The position numbers were made by a program, and so were the translations under genes. The notes below the pieces were generated by a model that was not told the DNA's origin, made no database searches, and saw only the letters and a program-made list of their open reading frames with translations. Below are positions 19,764 through 29,895 of a stretch of DNA of 32,678 nt, in pieces; the stretch's first letter is position 1, and each line of letters opens with the position of its first letter. Origin of the DNA: Coleofasciculus sp. B1-GNL1-01 (GTDB taxonomy: Bacteria > Cyanobacteriota > Cyanobacteriia > Cyanobacteriales > Coleofasciculaceae); NCBI GenBank assembly GCA_040220235.1, contig JAVJTO010000038.1; one strand, written 5' to 3'.

Positions 19764-19806
19764 TTATACAATAGGCTGAATATTTTTAAGCGTTAAAAAA
19801 TATTAA
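19764..19806 (-). promoter_or_regulatory. Putative pecB promoter
   Basis: Minus strand reads TTAATA-N4-TTAACG-N19-TTGTATAA, the same layout as the cpcB promoter. Confidence 0.55.
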
Positions 19807-20327
19807 GTTGCATGTCATTGTACATAATTTTGCTCAAACCTTCTCATAGAAAGGGCTAAGAATGGTTCGTTTGATTAAAAAGTTTACATTTTGAAAAGTA
19901 TTCAGCGATTTAAAGTTTATTTTTGTTAAGACTACGACGCCGAAAACCGAAGGGCAATCTCTAATTTACCAACGCCTTGAGCCTTCTATTCCCGTCTGGC
20001 ACATCATCTCACTTAACGTCATATTTCTTAATAGACAAGGGGATTAAGGGGCTGGGGATTATCGTGAATTTATGACGTTAAGACCAAATTGTTTTGTGGT
20101 TACACAAAAGTCAGGCAGCAATCTTTAGTAAGTATATTTGCTTAAGTAATTATTACCAAAGTTCTGAGCAAGGCGATGAAGAAGGGGATGAAGATCTCCA
20201 CCCCTAGACAGAACTCGGCAATGATGTTTTGGCGTCAACCGGAAATCTGTAACCCTCTGGCAATGCTAGCTTGAGCAGTTTTGGCATCCTCAGGATTGGC
20301 GAGTTTGATCCGCCAAGGATTAAAAAC

Positions 20328-20369
20328 TTAACAATTTGTAACAAATAAAAACTCAACATCATTGTATAA
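20328..20369 (+). promoter_or_regulatory. Putative cpcB promoter with upstream direct repeat
   Basis: TTAACA-N4-GTAACA-N18-TTGTATAA about 250 nt upstream of cpcB; matches the cpcB promoter layout I recall from Synechocystis. Confidence 0.65.
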
Positions 20370-20618
20370 AAGTAACCTGAAGGGTAAAGATGACAGGTAA
20401 ATGTTAACCAAAGCACCAAATAACCGTTATTTGGGGGGTTCTCATAATCAGCCGGAAATCTTCTCAGGTTTCTTGACGCTCCGTTTACGTTTTCCTTCTT
20501 AGAACGTGATGGGTATCTGTGAGAACAGACCCGATGAGGTGTTAAGGTTTCACTGTCTCGACCTAACCTGTCTAGATTTAAACCCTAGACTCAACCAAGC
20601 AAAGGAGGATTTGAGTTC

Positions 20619-21137
20619 ATGTTTGATGCATTCACCAAGGTGGTAAGCCAAGCTGATACGCGAGGCGAAATGCTGACCGGCTCTCAGATAGATGCTTTGA
20701 ATGCAATGGTTGCCGAAAGCAACAAGCGGATGGATTCGGTTAACCGGATCACCAGCAACTCGTCTAAAATCGTTGCTGACGCGGCTCGTGCTTTGTTTGC
20801 GGAACAGCCTCAGTTAATTGCTCCTGGTGGTAACGCCTACACCAGTCGTCGGATGGCGGCTTGCTTGCGGGATATGGAAATCATCCTGCGCTATGTTACC
20901 TACGCAATTTTTGCCGGAGATTCCAGTGTACTGAACGATCGCTGCCTAAACGGTTTGCGTGAAACTTATGTAGCGCTGGGTGTACCCGGAGCGTCTGTTG
21001 CTGCTGGCGTGCAAAAAATGAAGGATGCCGCGATCGCAATGGCGAATGACCGTAACAATATCACTCCTGGTGATTGCAGCGCTTTAATGTCCGAAATCGG
21101 TAGCTACTTTGACATGGCTGCCAACGCGGTTGCCTAA
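20619..21137 (+). CDS. cpcB: C-phycocyanin beta subunit
   Basis: [49 protein letters not shown]. Confidence 0.98.
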   Translation: MFDAFTKVVSQADTRGEMLTGSQIDALNAMVAESNKRMDSVNRITSNSSKIVADAARALFAEQPQLIAPGGNAYTSRRMAACLRDMEIILRYVTYAIFAGDSSVLNDRCLNGLRETYVALGVPGASVAAGVQKMKDAAIAMANDRNNITPGDCSALMSEIGSYFDMAANAVA

Positions 21138-21227
21138 AACAAGGTAAAACAAAGATTGCCTGTTGAAGTTTCAACTTCATCAAAACGTTTGAAAAAGTAA
21201 GCAAAAGATTAAGGAGATATCTCGACG

Positions 21228-21716
21228 ATGAAGACGCCATTGACAGAAGCAGTCGCCGCTGCCGATTCACAAGGACGTTTCTTAAGCAGCACCGAAATCC
21301 AAATTGCCTTTGGTCGGTTTAAGCAAGCTCAAGCTAGCTTGCAGGCAGCTAGAGCCTTAACTGACAAAGCGCAAATGCTGATCGACGGTGCAGCTAACGC
21401 GGTGTACCAAAAGTTCCCCTACACCACTCAGATGCAGGGACCGAACTATGCTTCTACTCCCGAAGGAAAAGCCAAGTGTTCTCGTGACATTGGTTACTAC
21501 CTGCGGATGGTAACCTACTGCTTAGTCGCAGGCGGCACCGGTCCGATGGATGAGTACCTGATTGCTGGGATTGATGAAATCAACAGCACGTTTGAACTGT
21601 CTCCTAGCTGGTACATTGAAGCCCTCAAGTACATCAAAGGTAACCATGGCTTGTCTGGCGATCCTGCCGTTGAAGCCAATTCCTATCTTGACTATGCGAT
21701 CAACGCCCTGAGCTAG
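21228..21716 (+). CDS. cpcA: C-phycocyanin alpha subunit
   Basis: [40 protein letters not shown]. Confidence 0.98.
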   Translation: MKTPLTEAVAAADSQGRFLSSTEIQIAFGRFKQAQASLQAARALTDKAQMLIDGAANAVYQKFPYTTQMQGPNYASTPEGKAKCSRDIGYYLRMVTYCLVAGGTGPMDEYLIAGIDEINSTFELSPSWYIEALKYIKGNHGLSGDPAVEANSYLDYAINALS

Positions 21717-21729
21717 ATTGATCGCCTTG

Positions 21730-21786
21730 CCCGGAAAGGCAAGCAGTTGTTAGCAAAAAGGGTTAGCAATTGTTTGCGTTTCCGGG
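21730..21786 (+). terminator. Long stem-loop after cpcA (partial terminator or mRNA stabiliser)
   Basis: Imperfect inverted repeat CCCGGAAAGGCAAGCAGTTG ... CAATTGTTTGCGTTTCCGGG. Confidence 0.65.
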
Positions 21787-21818
21787 TATCGTTTTATTCA
21801 TTTTCAGGGAGGGTTGTG

Positions 21819-22640
21819 ATGACAAGTTTAACGGCAGCAAGGCGGTTAGGAATCGCCGCATTTGCTGAGTCTCCCAAAGTGGAGTTGCGTCAAAATTGGA
21901 CAGAAGATGATTTGCAGTTGGTGATCCGAGCCGCTTATCTACAAGTCTTCGGTAACGATAACTTGATGGAGTTTGAGCGGTTAACCAGTGCCGAATCACT
22001 GCTGCGCCACGGAGAAATAAGCGTTCGCAATTTTATTAGAACTCTGGGTCAATCGGAACTATACCGGGAGAAGTTTTTCTACTCCACCCCACAAGTGCGA
22101 TTTATCGAACTGAATTATAAGCACTTTTTGGGACGAGCGCCCTACGATCAGTCAGAGATTGCTTATCATACTGACTTGTACAATCAACAGGGGTATGAGG
22201 CAGAGATCAACTCCTACATTGACTCAATGGAGTATCAAGAGAACTTTGGCGAGTCCATTGTTCCCTATCCAATTGGATTTGAAACCCAACGTAATCAGAA
22301 AACCGTGGGTTATAGCCGGATCTTCCAACTATTTGGCGGATTAGGCAGTAGCGATCGCACTCAGCCAGCGGGAAATCGTTCTCGTTTGTTGCGGGAAGTT
22401 GCACTGAATACCTCGTCTGGGATCTACGCTGATCCCCAAGGACAGGCGATCGTGGGTACTCGGGGCGGAACTCGCGAGCAGATTTATATCGTGCGGGTAA
22501 TTCAAATCCCCAAACCCGGACGCATGACCCGAATCCGCCGCAGTCAGACGGAATATTACGTCCCTTACGAACAGCTTTCCCAAAAGTTACAACAAATCAA
22601 TAAGATGGGCGGTAAGGTGACAGACATCATACCCGCTTAA
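21819..22640 (+). CDS. cpcC2: Phycocyanin rod linker, CpcC2/CpcH-like
   Basis: [12 protein letters not shown] start (ATG 21819 after GGGAGG), [15 protein letters not shown]-terminal CpcD-like domain. Confidence 0.85.
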   Translation: MTSLTAARRLGIAAFAESPKVELRQNWTEDDLQLVIRAAYLQVFGNDNLMEFERLTSAESLLRHGEISVRNFIRTLGQSELYREKFFYSTPQVRFIELNYKHFLGRAPYDQSEIAYHTDLYNQQGYEAEINSYIDSMEYQENFGESIVPYPIGFETQRNQKTVGYSRIFQLFGGLGSSDRTQPAGNRSRLLREVALNTSSGIYADPQGQAIVGTRGGTREQIYIVRVIQIPKPGRMTRIRRSQTEYYVPYEQLSQKLQQINKMGGKVTDIIPA

Positions 22641-22677
22641 AGATTTCAACATTGGCGTTTAATTAGGAGACATTTAA

Positions 22678-23547
22678 GTGGCTATTACAACAGCAGCGTC
22701 CCGATTAGGGACAGAGGCGTATAGTAATCCAACTCCGGTAGAATTGCGCCCCGATTGGGTTGAATATGATATCCAAGGGGTCATTCGTGCCGTCTACCGT
22801 CAACTGTTGGGTAATGACTATGTGATGGCGTCTGAACGCCTAACCAGTGCCGAGTCACTGTTGCGGAACGGGTATATCAACGTGCGCGAATTTGTGCGTT
22901 GTGTTGCCAAATCAGAACTTTATAAAACCAAGTTTTTCTACGGCAATTTTCAAACTCGTGTAATTGAACTCAATTACAAGCACCTATTAGGTCGCGCACC
23001 TTACGATGAGTCTGAGGTAATTTACCACCTAGATTTGTACGAAACCCAAGGGTACGACGCTGATATTGACTCTTACATTGATAGTGAAGAGTATCAAGAG
23101 AACTTCGGTGATTATATCGTCCCGTATTATCGCGGTTTTGCGACTCAACGGGGTCAGAAAACCGTTGGGTTTACCCGTATGTTCCGACTTTATCGCGGTT
23201 ATGCCAATAGCGATCGCGCTCAGTTGGAAGGAAGTGATTCGCGTTTGGCGACTGAGTTAGCGCAGAATTTTTCGTCAGCCGTGGTTGGACCATCGGGTAC
23301 CAATGAAGGCTGGGCATATCGCCAGTCTGAAAAGGGTGAAACCCCGAGTAAGGCATTGGGAGGTCCTGTCCCTTATGGCACACAAGGCAAAGTTTATCGT
23401 GTCGAAGTAGCGGGGATTATTAATCCCAGGTATCCGAAAGTGCGTCGCAGCAGTAAAGCCTTCTTAGTTCCTTATGAAGAACTATCCAACAAACTCCAAC
23501 AGATTAACCGTCTAGGGGGTAAAGTGGCGAGCATCACACCAGCTTAG
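22678..23547 (+). CDS. cpcC1: Phycocyanin rod linker CpcC1
   Basis: [42 protein letters not shown]. Confidence 0.92.
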   Translation: MAITTAASRLGTEAYSNPTPVELRPDWVEYDIQGVIRAVYRQLLGNDYVMASERLTSAESLLRNGYINVREFVRCVAKSELYKTKFFYGNFQTRVIELNYKHLLGRAPYDESEVIYHLDLYETQGYDADIDSYIDSEEYQENFGDYIVPYYRGFATQRGQKTVGFTRMFRLYRGYANSDRAQLEGSDSRLATELAQNFSSAVVGPSGTNEGWAYRQSEKGETPSKALGGPVPYGTQGKVYRVEVAGIINPRYPKVRRSSKAFLVPYEELSNKLQQINRLGGKVASITPA

Positions 23548-23837
23548 TCCAAGAAGGCAGACGTTGACGTCCGCTATAAATAGGCAGATTGAACCGATCT
23601 GAACGGATCAGATGGGACTGGGGACTGGAGAGATTAGGACTAGAGAGAAAATAGCGGAAATCGCTATATTATTTCTGATCTCCTAACTCTTGAGACTCTA
23701 GTCCCATTGGTATGTTGAGTTAGCAGACAAGTTGAGAATTAAGCCGGATAAAAATAGCTGTTTATCGGTCTAAATCAGAAACTTGGATGATTGATAATTA
23801 AAATAGTTAAAAATACCCAAAAGGAGAATTGATTACT

Positions 23838-24077
23838 ATGCTAGGTCAAGTAGCAGCAAGCAGTGCGGCTAACAGCCCATCAGGGAGTCGTTTCTTTACC
23901 TATGAAGTCACGGGTTTGCGTCAAAATGAAACCAATGACAAAAACGAATACCCCTTTCGCAAAAGCGGCAGTGTCTTCATTAAAGTGCCTTATAATCGCA
24001 TGAATGAAGAAATGCGCCGCATTACCCGCATGGGAGGGACAATTGTCAATATTCATCCCGTGAATTCTGATAGTTAG
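23838..24077 (+). CDS. cpcD: Rod-capping linker CpcD
   Basis: SRFFTYEVTGLRQ and FIKVPYNRMNEEMRRITRMGG; ATG 23838. Confidence 0.95.
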   Translation: MLGQVAASSAANSPSGSRFFTYEVTGLRQNETNDKNEYPFRKSGSVFIKVPYNRMNEEMRRITRMGGTIVNIHPVNSDS

Positions 24078-24169
24078 TTGGCGGAGTAAACTGAAGGCTG
24101 GTAAACGGTAAGGGATAAGGGGAAATACTATGCTCATTATCTGTTACCGATTACCAGCTAAGGAGAAAC

Positions 24170-24289
24170 GGGGAAGCTGGGGAAGCTGGGGAAGCTGGGG
24201 AAGCTGGGGAAGCTGGGGAAGCTGGGGAAGCTAACAAATGACCAATGACCAATGACCAATGACCAATGACCAATGACCAATGACCAATG
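24170..24289. repeat. (GGGGAAGCT)x7 followed by STRR2-type (ACCAATG)x7 running into the cpcE start
   Basis: Perfect tandem arrays at 24170-24232 and 24241-24289. Confidence 0.95.
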
Positions 24290-25089
24290 GTGGTGAATCC
24301 TTCACAGTAGAACAAGCACTGGCGAACCTCAAGCAAAGGGATGATTTAAGTCTTTGCTATTATGCGGCGTGGTGGCTGGGAAAATTTCGGATTCGAGACG
24401 CCGCCGTAATCGACGCCTTGATTGTGGCGCTAGAGGAAGAGGCAGATCGTACCGAGGCGGGGGGATATCCCCTGAAACGCAACGCAGCACGGGCGCTGGG
24501 GAAGTTGGGCGATCGCAAAGCCGTTATGCCACTGATAAACTGTCTAGACTGCTCCGATTTTTATGTACGAGAAGCCGCCGCGCAGTCGTTAGGAATGTTA
24601 GGTGATCCCGTTTGTGTTCCTCAGTTAATGCAGTTATTAGAGGGTGGGATAGAGGCGGCTAAACCTGTACCCGGATCACCCCACTTGGCACAACCTTATA
24701 ATGCTGTCATAGAAGCATTAGGCAGTTTAGGGGCAAAAGAGGCGATCGCATTAATCGAACCCTTCCTAGAGCATAATCAAGAACGAATACAGTACGCCGC
24801 CGCACGCGCCATGTATCAGTTAACCGAGAATCCCGCCTATGGCGATCGCTTGGTGCAAGCCCTGAAGGGGAAAAAGTTACAATTACGACGGGCTGTATTA
24901 GCCGATTTAGGGGCGATTGGCTACTTAAAGGCAGCAGATGCGATCGCTCAAACCTTAGCGGAAAATAGTTTAAAGCTCATTTCTCTCAAAGGGGTATTAG
25001 AGCATGAAGTAAAAAACTCCGCCAGCGAATCGGTTCAGTTATCAGAAGGAGCAATCCATGTGATGAAGCTCATGGATGACTTACTATAG
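24280..25089 (+). CDS. cpcE: Phycocyanin alpha phycocyanobilin lyase CpcE
   Basis: YYAAWWLGKFR, GGYPLKRNAARALG, DFYVREAAAQSL, ENSLKLISLKG, MKLMDDLL. Confidence 0.93.
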   Translation: MTNGGESFTVEQALANLKQRDDLSLCYYAAWWLGKFRIRDAAVIDALIVALEEEADRTEAGGYPLKRNAARALGKLGDRKAVMPLINCLDCSDFYVREAAAQSLGMLGDPVCVPQLMQLLEGGIEAAKPVPGSPHLAQPYNAVIEALGSLGAKEAIALIEPFLEHNQERIQYAAARAMYQLTENPAYGDRLVQALKGKKLQLRRAVLADLGAIGYLKAADAIAQTLAENSLKLISLKGVLEHEVKNSASESVQLSEGAIHVMKLMDDLL

Positions 25090-25128
25090 CCTTGTAACCA
25101 ATGACAAATGACAAATGACAAATGACGA

Positions 25129-25794
25129 ATGACAGATGACCAAACCCTGATTCAAGCCGTTGAACAAGCCGATTCTTCCCCTCGCTTACTTGCTGCTGTG
25201 CGAACCTTAGCCAACGCCAAGATAAAAGCAGGGATTCCCACCTTAATTGCTGTCCTCAGTTATAACAACCCTGGAGCCGCCGTCGCCGCCGTCGATGGAT
25301 TAGTGCAATTAGGAGACGTGGCGGTAGAACCATTGCTCAATTTGCTTGATGAGTATAACTATGGGGGAAGGGCTTGGGCGATTCGAGCATTAGCCCAACT
25401 TGCTGATCCGAGAGCCTTAGATACCTTACTGAATGCGGCTGAAACAGACTTTGCTCTAAGCGTGCGTCGTGCGGCGGCGAAGGGTTTAGGAAATGTACAA
25501 TGGTCAAAATTATCTCCTGAAGAGAGTTCCTTAGCCCAAGGGCGAGTGCTGAAAACTCTACAGATAACCTGCCATGATCCTGAATGGGTGGTGCGTTATG
25601 CTTCCGTGGTGGGGTTGCAAGGATTAGCCACGGCGGTAGCCGAAACCCAACCGGATTATTGGCAACAGATTATCACTCATTTTGAGCAACTGATGAAAGA
25701 TGAGTCAGATTTGGCAGTTCGCACCCGTGTACAATTCGCCTTGGCGCAATTGGTTAAAGCTATTACTGTCCCATATTCCGGCAAATCAAACTAA
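25129..25794 (+). CDS. cpcF: Phycocyanin alpha lyase subunit CpcF
   Basis: SYNNPGAAVAAVDGL, YNYGGRAWAIRALA, DFALSVRRAAAKGLG, DPEWVVRYA. Confidence 0.93.
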   Translation: MTDDQTLIQAVEQADSSPRLLAAVRTLANAKIKAGIPTLIAVLSYNNPGAAVAAVDGLVQLGDVAVEPLLNLLDEYNYGGRAWAIRALAQLADPRALDTLLNAAETDFALSVRRAAAKGLGNVQWSKLSPEESSLAQGRVLKTLQITCHDPEWVVRYASVVGLQGLATAVAETQPDYWQQIITHFEQLMKDESDLAVRTRVQFALAQLVKAITVPYSGKSN

Positions 25795-25823
25795 CAATTT
25801 AGCACACTAAATACGGAAGACCC

Positions 25824-25991
25824 GGAATTGAGCGTTTGTGGTTGCGTTGGTATGATGCTCAAGAGAATTGGATTTTGACTGAGGCGGAACAGGAGAGACA
25901 ACGAGCGGAAGCGGCGGAAGCTCAGTTACAGTCTTTGCTGGAGCGATTGCGGGAATCGGGAATTGATCCTGATACATTGTTAGGTGGTTAG
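25824..25991 (+). pseudogene. 3' fragment of a Uma2/DUF820-family gene
   Basis: Start-less frame GIERLWLRWYDAQENWILTEAEQERQRAEAAEAQLQSLLERLRESGIDPDTLLGG*, a typical cyanobacterial Uma2 C-terminus. Confidence 0.7.
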
Positions 25992-26069
25992 GGTGGAATC
26001 GAATGGTGCGATCGCGGCTTCGTGTTATTTTGGCTGGATGAACTACGGCTTTGGGAAGGCTCTGACATA

Positions 26070-26114
26070 GATGGATTAGTGCAATTAGGAGACATGGCGG
26101 TAGAACCATTGCTC
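26070..26114 (+). repeat. 45 bp duplicate of internal cpcF sequence (25294-25338)
   Basis: GATGGATTAGTGCAATTAGGAGAC[G/A]TGGCGGTAGAACCATTGCTC, 44/45 identical. Confidence 0.9.
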
Positions 26115-26214
26115 TTTGGAGCAACTGCCACCGGAGATGGCAGAGGCTGGGTAGGTAATCGCTTCGTAGCACCACTCGCTGTCTTCCCGCCCTTGGTTCC
26201 AACCCAAGGAACCT

Positions 26215-26976
26215 GTTGAGAAATTTACAGAAGCAACCCTTAGTCAAATAGATCATTTACGCCAGAAGATCTGGGACAAGTTTCGGGGAAACGTTAGAGC
26301 TGAAACTGCTCTTAATGCAGCAGAGAACGGTTCAAAACCAGATTTAGACCGGGTTGTTGCATACTTGCAGTTAGCTCTTGATGAAGATGAAGCGTTTGCC
26401 AAAGAGGTTCAAACGCTTGCCCAAGAGATCATTAGGATCGGTGAAGTTCAAAGTGAAAATGTTTGGAATGTTTCAGGGGGAGAAGTAAATTACTCTAAAG
26501 ATAATAAAGCACCAGTGATTCAAGGTGGCAGTGGTCATAGTATCACATTTACTAATATTTGACTGCAGTCATCCGATCAAGAGGCAAAGTTAAAACCAAA
26601 TCTAGATAGCTTTGGTGGTCTCCTTGAGTGGATCAAAGTAAAATCTAACAACCTAGGTTTACAAGGTTTAAATCGTCCTCATAGAAATCGGCTTTTAAAC
26701 GCTGTAAATAATACTCGGAGAGAAAAGTTAAATTTTAAAGATTCTGAAATTGAGATTCTTGAGTTAGTTGTTCATTACAGTTTTTTCTGCCTTGAAGAAC
26801 TTTCCTCACCTAAGTTTGGCAGAATGAAAAGGAAAGACTACTATTTTCGAGTACAACAGTTCCTTGATTCAAAAAAAACAATAAGATCTACCAAGATATT
26901 ATTGAGTTCGCTCATTAACGAATCAAAAATGTCTAAATTGGTAAAAGAAATAGAACAAAATAATGAACTTACTTAA
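26215..26976 (+). pseudogene. 5'-truncated, stop-interrupted N-terminal part of a larger gene
   Basis: Frame VEKFTEATLSQIDHLRQKIWDKFRGN...ITFTNI, then TGA at 26560, then the same frame stays open to TAA at 26974-26976. Confidence 0.55.
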
Positions 26977-27026
26977 ATGAATTAAATAAAAAGCGTAATC
27001 CAAATCTAATTCGAGAATATTTTGAG

Positions 27027-28577
27027 TTGCTTAGATGGAAAAATAAAGGGTGTCCATTAGAGTTATCTCGTGAACTTATAGAATCTGATGAAAGATTATT
27101 GGCAATTAAACAAGAACAACAATCCAACGAAACCTTAACAAGCTATACTGTTAATTCAATAAAATCTGTCAGAACTGAAATATTATCAGCTCAAGAACAG
27201 ATAGAATGCGTTGAGAAAGAAATTGATTCTTTAATTCAATCAATTTTTTCTTTAAGAGAATCTTTCTTGTCGTTATCATCAAATAAATATACTGAAGAAA
27301 AATTTTCATCAGGAGATTCCTCAAAAATACCTAATCTATCTTTACAAAAAATACTTATTTATTTAATAAAGCAGGTTTTGGCAGATATAAAACAAGCTTT
27401 CTTATATATAATTAACTATTATCTAGACAAACCCATTATAACAGCTATAACATTAATATTAGTTATTCCTATTTCGTTATTTTTGAGTTGGAAATTTAAT
27501 GGCTTTTCAACTATTGGCTTACTCATTATCGCATTGGTATATTTTTCAAAAAAAATAAATTATATTTATAAAAGGCATCAGCGAACCTGGAAAGAAAACT
27601 CGGCTAAAGTTGAAATAGATCGGCAACAAAAATTAAAACAAGAGTTTGAGGAGCGTATTCATCAAGAACGAAACAAAATAGAGGCATCTTTACAGGAGTT
27701 TGAGGTACGCTTACAAGAACGTAGAAGAGATTATCAAAAACTTAGAGAACGTAAACAAAAACTTGAAGCGTACTTGTTACAGGAGGAACAAGAACTTACT
27801 GAACTTGAACAAGTACGTCAACAAAAGTTAGATGAATATCAACAAAAACTTGATGAATTAATCTGGCGAGAGAAATGCCGTAGAAATGAGTACCTATTAA
27901 AGTTAGAAAAACAAGTTCAAAAATGGCTGGATGACGATATAGAACGCCTTACTCATGAAGGCATGAAAAAATTAAAGATAATATCTAATAGCGATTATGA
28001 CTATGATCAAGTTAATGCTTTAAAAACCGAAGAAGTTCGGGTAGTTATTGGTGTTACAGAAAAAACTAAAAACTTTGAAAATATTCTTGTTGATAGTGAC
28101 ATTAACTCTTTCACAGAATCTTCTGAAAGCCAAGAAATATATATAGATCAAGATGATTTTGAAAGTGAAAAAAGTTTTGATGGAAAAAATAGGAAGTACG
28201 GAGTCTATGGATTTGTAGCTATATTCCTATGTGCCAATTTTTTTAGTTATTATAAATGTTATTATAATTTTATACGAAGAAAAACTGTCGATGAAGAAAT
28301 TGCTGAATATATGTATGATAGTATTGTCTCTATAAAAATCCAAGAAAAATCTTCTGTAAGATTAAAAAATGAACAGCAAAAGAATGTATACAGGAAACGA
28401 TTATTGATTACAACAAATGACGGAAAAGTTGTATGCTTTAATTTCTCAAGAAATAGGGTAGAAAAAAAATATTCTATACGTTTTTCTCAGATCGAAGAAG
28501 CAGCAATAGCTATTCGAGATATGTTAAGTCAAAGACGCATAGATAAAACGTTTACTGAAAATTTAGACTATACCTAG
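27027..28577 (+). CDS. AT-rich hypothetical membrane/coiled-coil protein, possibly the C-terminal part of a broken gene
   Basis: 516 aa ORF with two hydrophobic segments (IITAITLILVIPISLFLSW, IGLLIIALVYF) and an E/Q/K coiled coil; TTG start without RBS, and the frame is open further upstream. Confidence 0.65.
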   Translation: MLRWKNKGCPLELSRELIESDERLLAIKQEQQSNETLTSYTVNSIKSVRTEILSAQEQIECVEKEIDSLIQSIFSLRESFLSLSSNKYTEEKFSSGDSSKIPNLSLQKILIYLIKQVLADIKQAFLYIINYYLDKPIITAITLILVIPISLFLSWKFNGFSTIGLLIIALVYFSKKINYIYKRHQRTWKENSAKVEIDRQQKLKQEFEERIHQERNKIEASLQEFEVRLQERRRDYQKLRERKQKLEAYLLQEEQELTELEQVRQQKLDEYQQKLDELIWREKCRRNEYLLKLEKQVQKWLDDDIERLTHEGMKKLKIISNSDYDYDQVNALKTEEVRVVIGVTEKTKNFENILVDSDINSFTESSESQEIYIDQDDFESEKSFDGKNRKYGVYGFVAIFLCANFFSYYKCYYNFIRRKTVDEEIAEYMYDSIVSIKIQEKSSVRLKNEQQKNVYRKRLLITTNDGKVVCFNFSRNRVEKKYSIRFSQIEEAAIAIRDMLSQRRIDKTFTENLDYT

Positions 28578-28611
28578 GAATGGAAATTAAATAATATTCA
28601 GTCTAGGGGAT

Positions 28612-28728
28612 CACTATCGTCTAGGAGTGGCGGTGGAATGGGCGGTGGAATGTTTGGATAATCCGGCAACAGTAAGTGACGCTCCAGTATTATCCGGATT
28701 TGTGCTGGATTTAAGCAAAATTTGGTGA
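28612..28728 (+). pseudogene. 3' fragment of a second Uma2-family gene
   Basis: HYRLGVAVEWAVECLDNPATVSDAPVLSGFVLDLSKIW* with an internal 12 bp duplication (GGCGGTGGAATG); no in-frame start. Confidence 0.65.
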
Positions 28729-29056
28729 ATTTTAAGGATGCGATCGCGAACATATTTCTCAAATTCTCAATTCAAGAACTGACAATCTTTAATGACAAAA
28801 GTTTTAGGGTTTATCCTAATTCGCAAATTTTCCAATCTGGTTATGAATCTACTCTCACTCCTTTAATATCTATAGCTGTAAGACAAGGGTTTAGTCAATG
28901 GCATTATCAATAGTCACAGATGTAAATCAAGAAAATCCTGAAGAACTGGTTAATTTATGATGCTCAAGGCAATGCTGCTGTTTATTAAAATTTCTAACTT
29001 CCATTTATGGTAGTCTAGGGGGGATTACTTCCTTGCTCACGCTAAAAGATTGACTT

Positions 29057-29398
29057 ATGCAATTAGAAGACTACTTAGACTTCATTACCACTGATGACAT
29101 TCGTATTAAAGGCACGCGGATTGGAATTGAAACCATCCTGTACGAATACATCTATCGCCGCCGTACAGCCGAAGAAATAGCCCAAACTTATTCCTCGTTA
29201 ACTCTAGAGCAAGTTTATGCTACGATTCTTTACTACCTGCATCATAAAGAAACAGTAAGCAACTATATAGGCAACTGGTTAGAGTATTGCCTACAATCCG
29301 AACAAGAGCAGGATAAAAATCCTCCCCATGCTGTCGTCAGACTGCTGAAATTAAAAGCAGAGCAAGAACCAGGAAAAGTTGCTCTCAATGAAAATTAA
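29057..29398 (+). CDS. DUF433-family antitoxin
   Basis: IRIKGTRIGIETIL...TAEEIAQTYSSLTLEQVYATILYY motif. Confidence 0.88.
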   Translation: MQLEDYLDFITTDDIRIKGTRIGIETILYEYIYRRRTAEEIAQTYSSLTLEQVYATILYYLHHKETVSNYIGNWLEYCLQSEQEQDKNPPHAVVRLLKLKAEQEPGKVALNEN

Positions 29399-29750
29399 AT
29401 ACTTACTCGATGAAAACTTACCCTCTTTCTATCAGGTACAGCTTCTACGCCTTCAATCCAATTTAACGGTTTGGATGATCGGCAATCCGGGACTTCCACC
29501 CAGAGGAACTAAAGACCCAGATATTCTACTTTGGTGTGAGCGAAACAACTTTATCCTAGTGACCAGCAATCGTAGTTCAATGCCTGTACATTTAACGGAG
29601 CATTTATCTCAAGGTCGCCACATTCCAGGCATCTTTGTGCTTCGTCCTAGAGCAGAAATTGGAGAAATTATTGACAATTTAATTTTTATTGCCTTAGCAG
29701 CAGAAGAAAATGAATTTCAAGACCAAATTATTCACATCCCTTTAAGGTAG
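29388..29750 (+). CDS. DUF5615/VapC45-like PIN-domain toxin
   Basis: KYLLDENL, GTKDPDIL, ILVTSNR, HIPGIF; overlaps the DUF433 gene. Confidence 0.85.
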   Translation: MKIKYLLDENLPSFYQVQLLRLQSNLTVWMIGNPGLPPRGTKDPDILLWCERNNFILVTSNRSSMPVHLTEHLSQGRHIPGIFVLRPRAEIGEIIDNLIFIALAAEENEFQDQIIHIPLR

Positions 29751-29760
29751 GATTAGCATT

Positions 29761-29784
29761 GTAGGGGCGCACCGACGTGCGCCC
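29761..29784 (+). repeat. GTAG-type REP-like palindrome
   Basis: GTAG-GGGCGCAC-cgac-GTGCGCCC. Confidence 0.7.
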
Positions 29785-29895
29785 GATTTAACCGTCAAAT
29801 CTATTCCACCATTTTAGCTGTGTTACTACCATCGTGCATTAGCACTCTGGGTAAATCACTGAATCAACTGCTTTGCGATCGCAAACCCCTCAACT

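Noticed and set aside
21819..22640. Relocated pecC
   Set aside because: Sequence and position fit CpcC2/CpcH better by recall; a phylogeny is needed to settle it.
24151..24336. ORF with HWSLVIG/ASP repeats
   Set aside because: Translation of tandem repeats, antisense to cpcE.
25807..26256. 149 aa minus-strand ORF and the 26022-26219 ORF
   Set aside because: Shadow frames across plus-strand gene debris and the cpcF duplicate.
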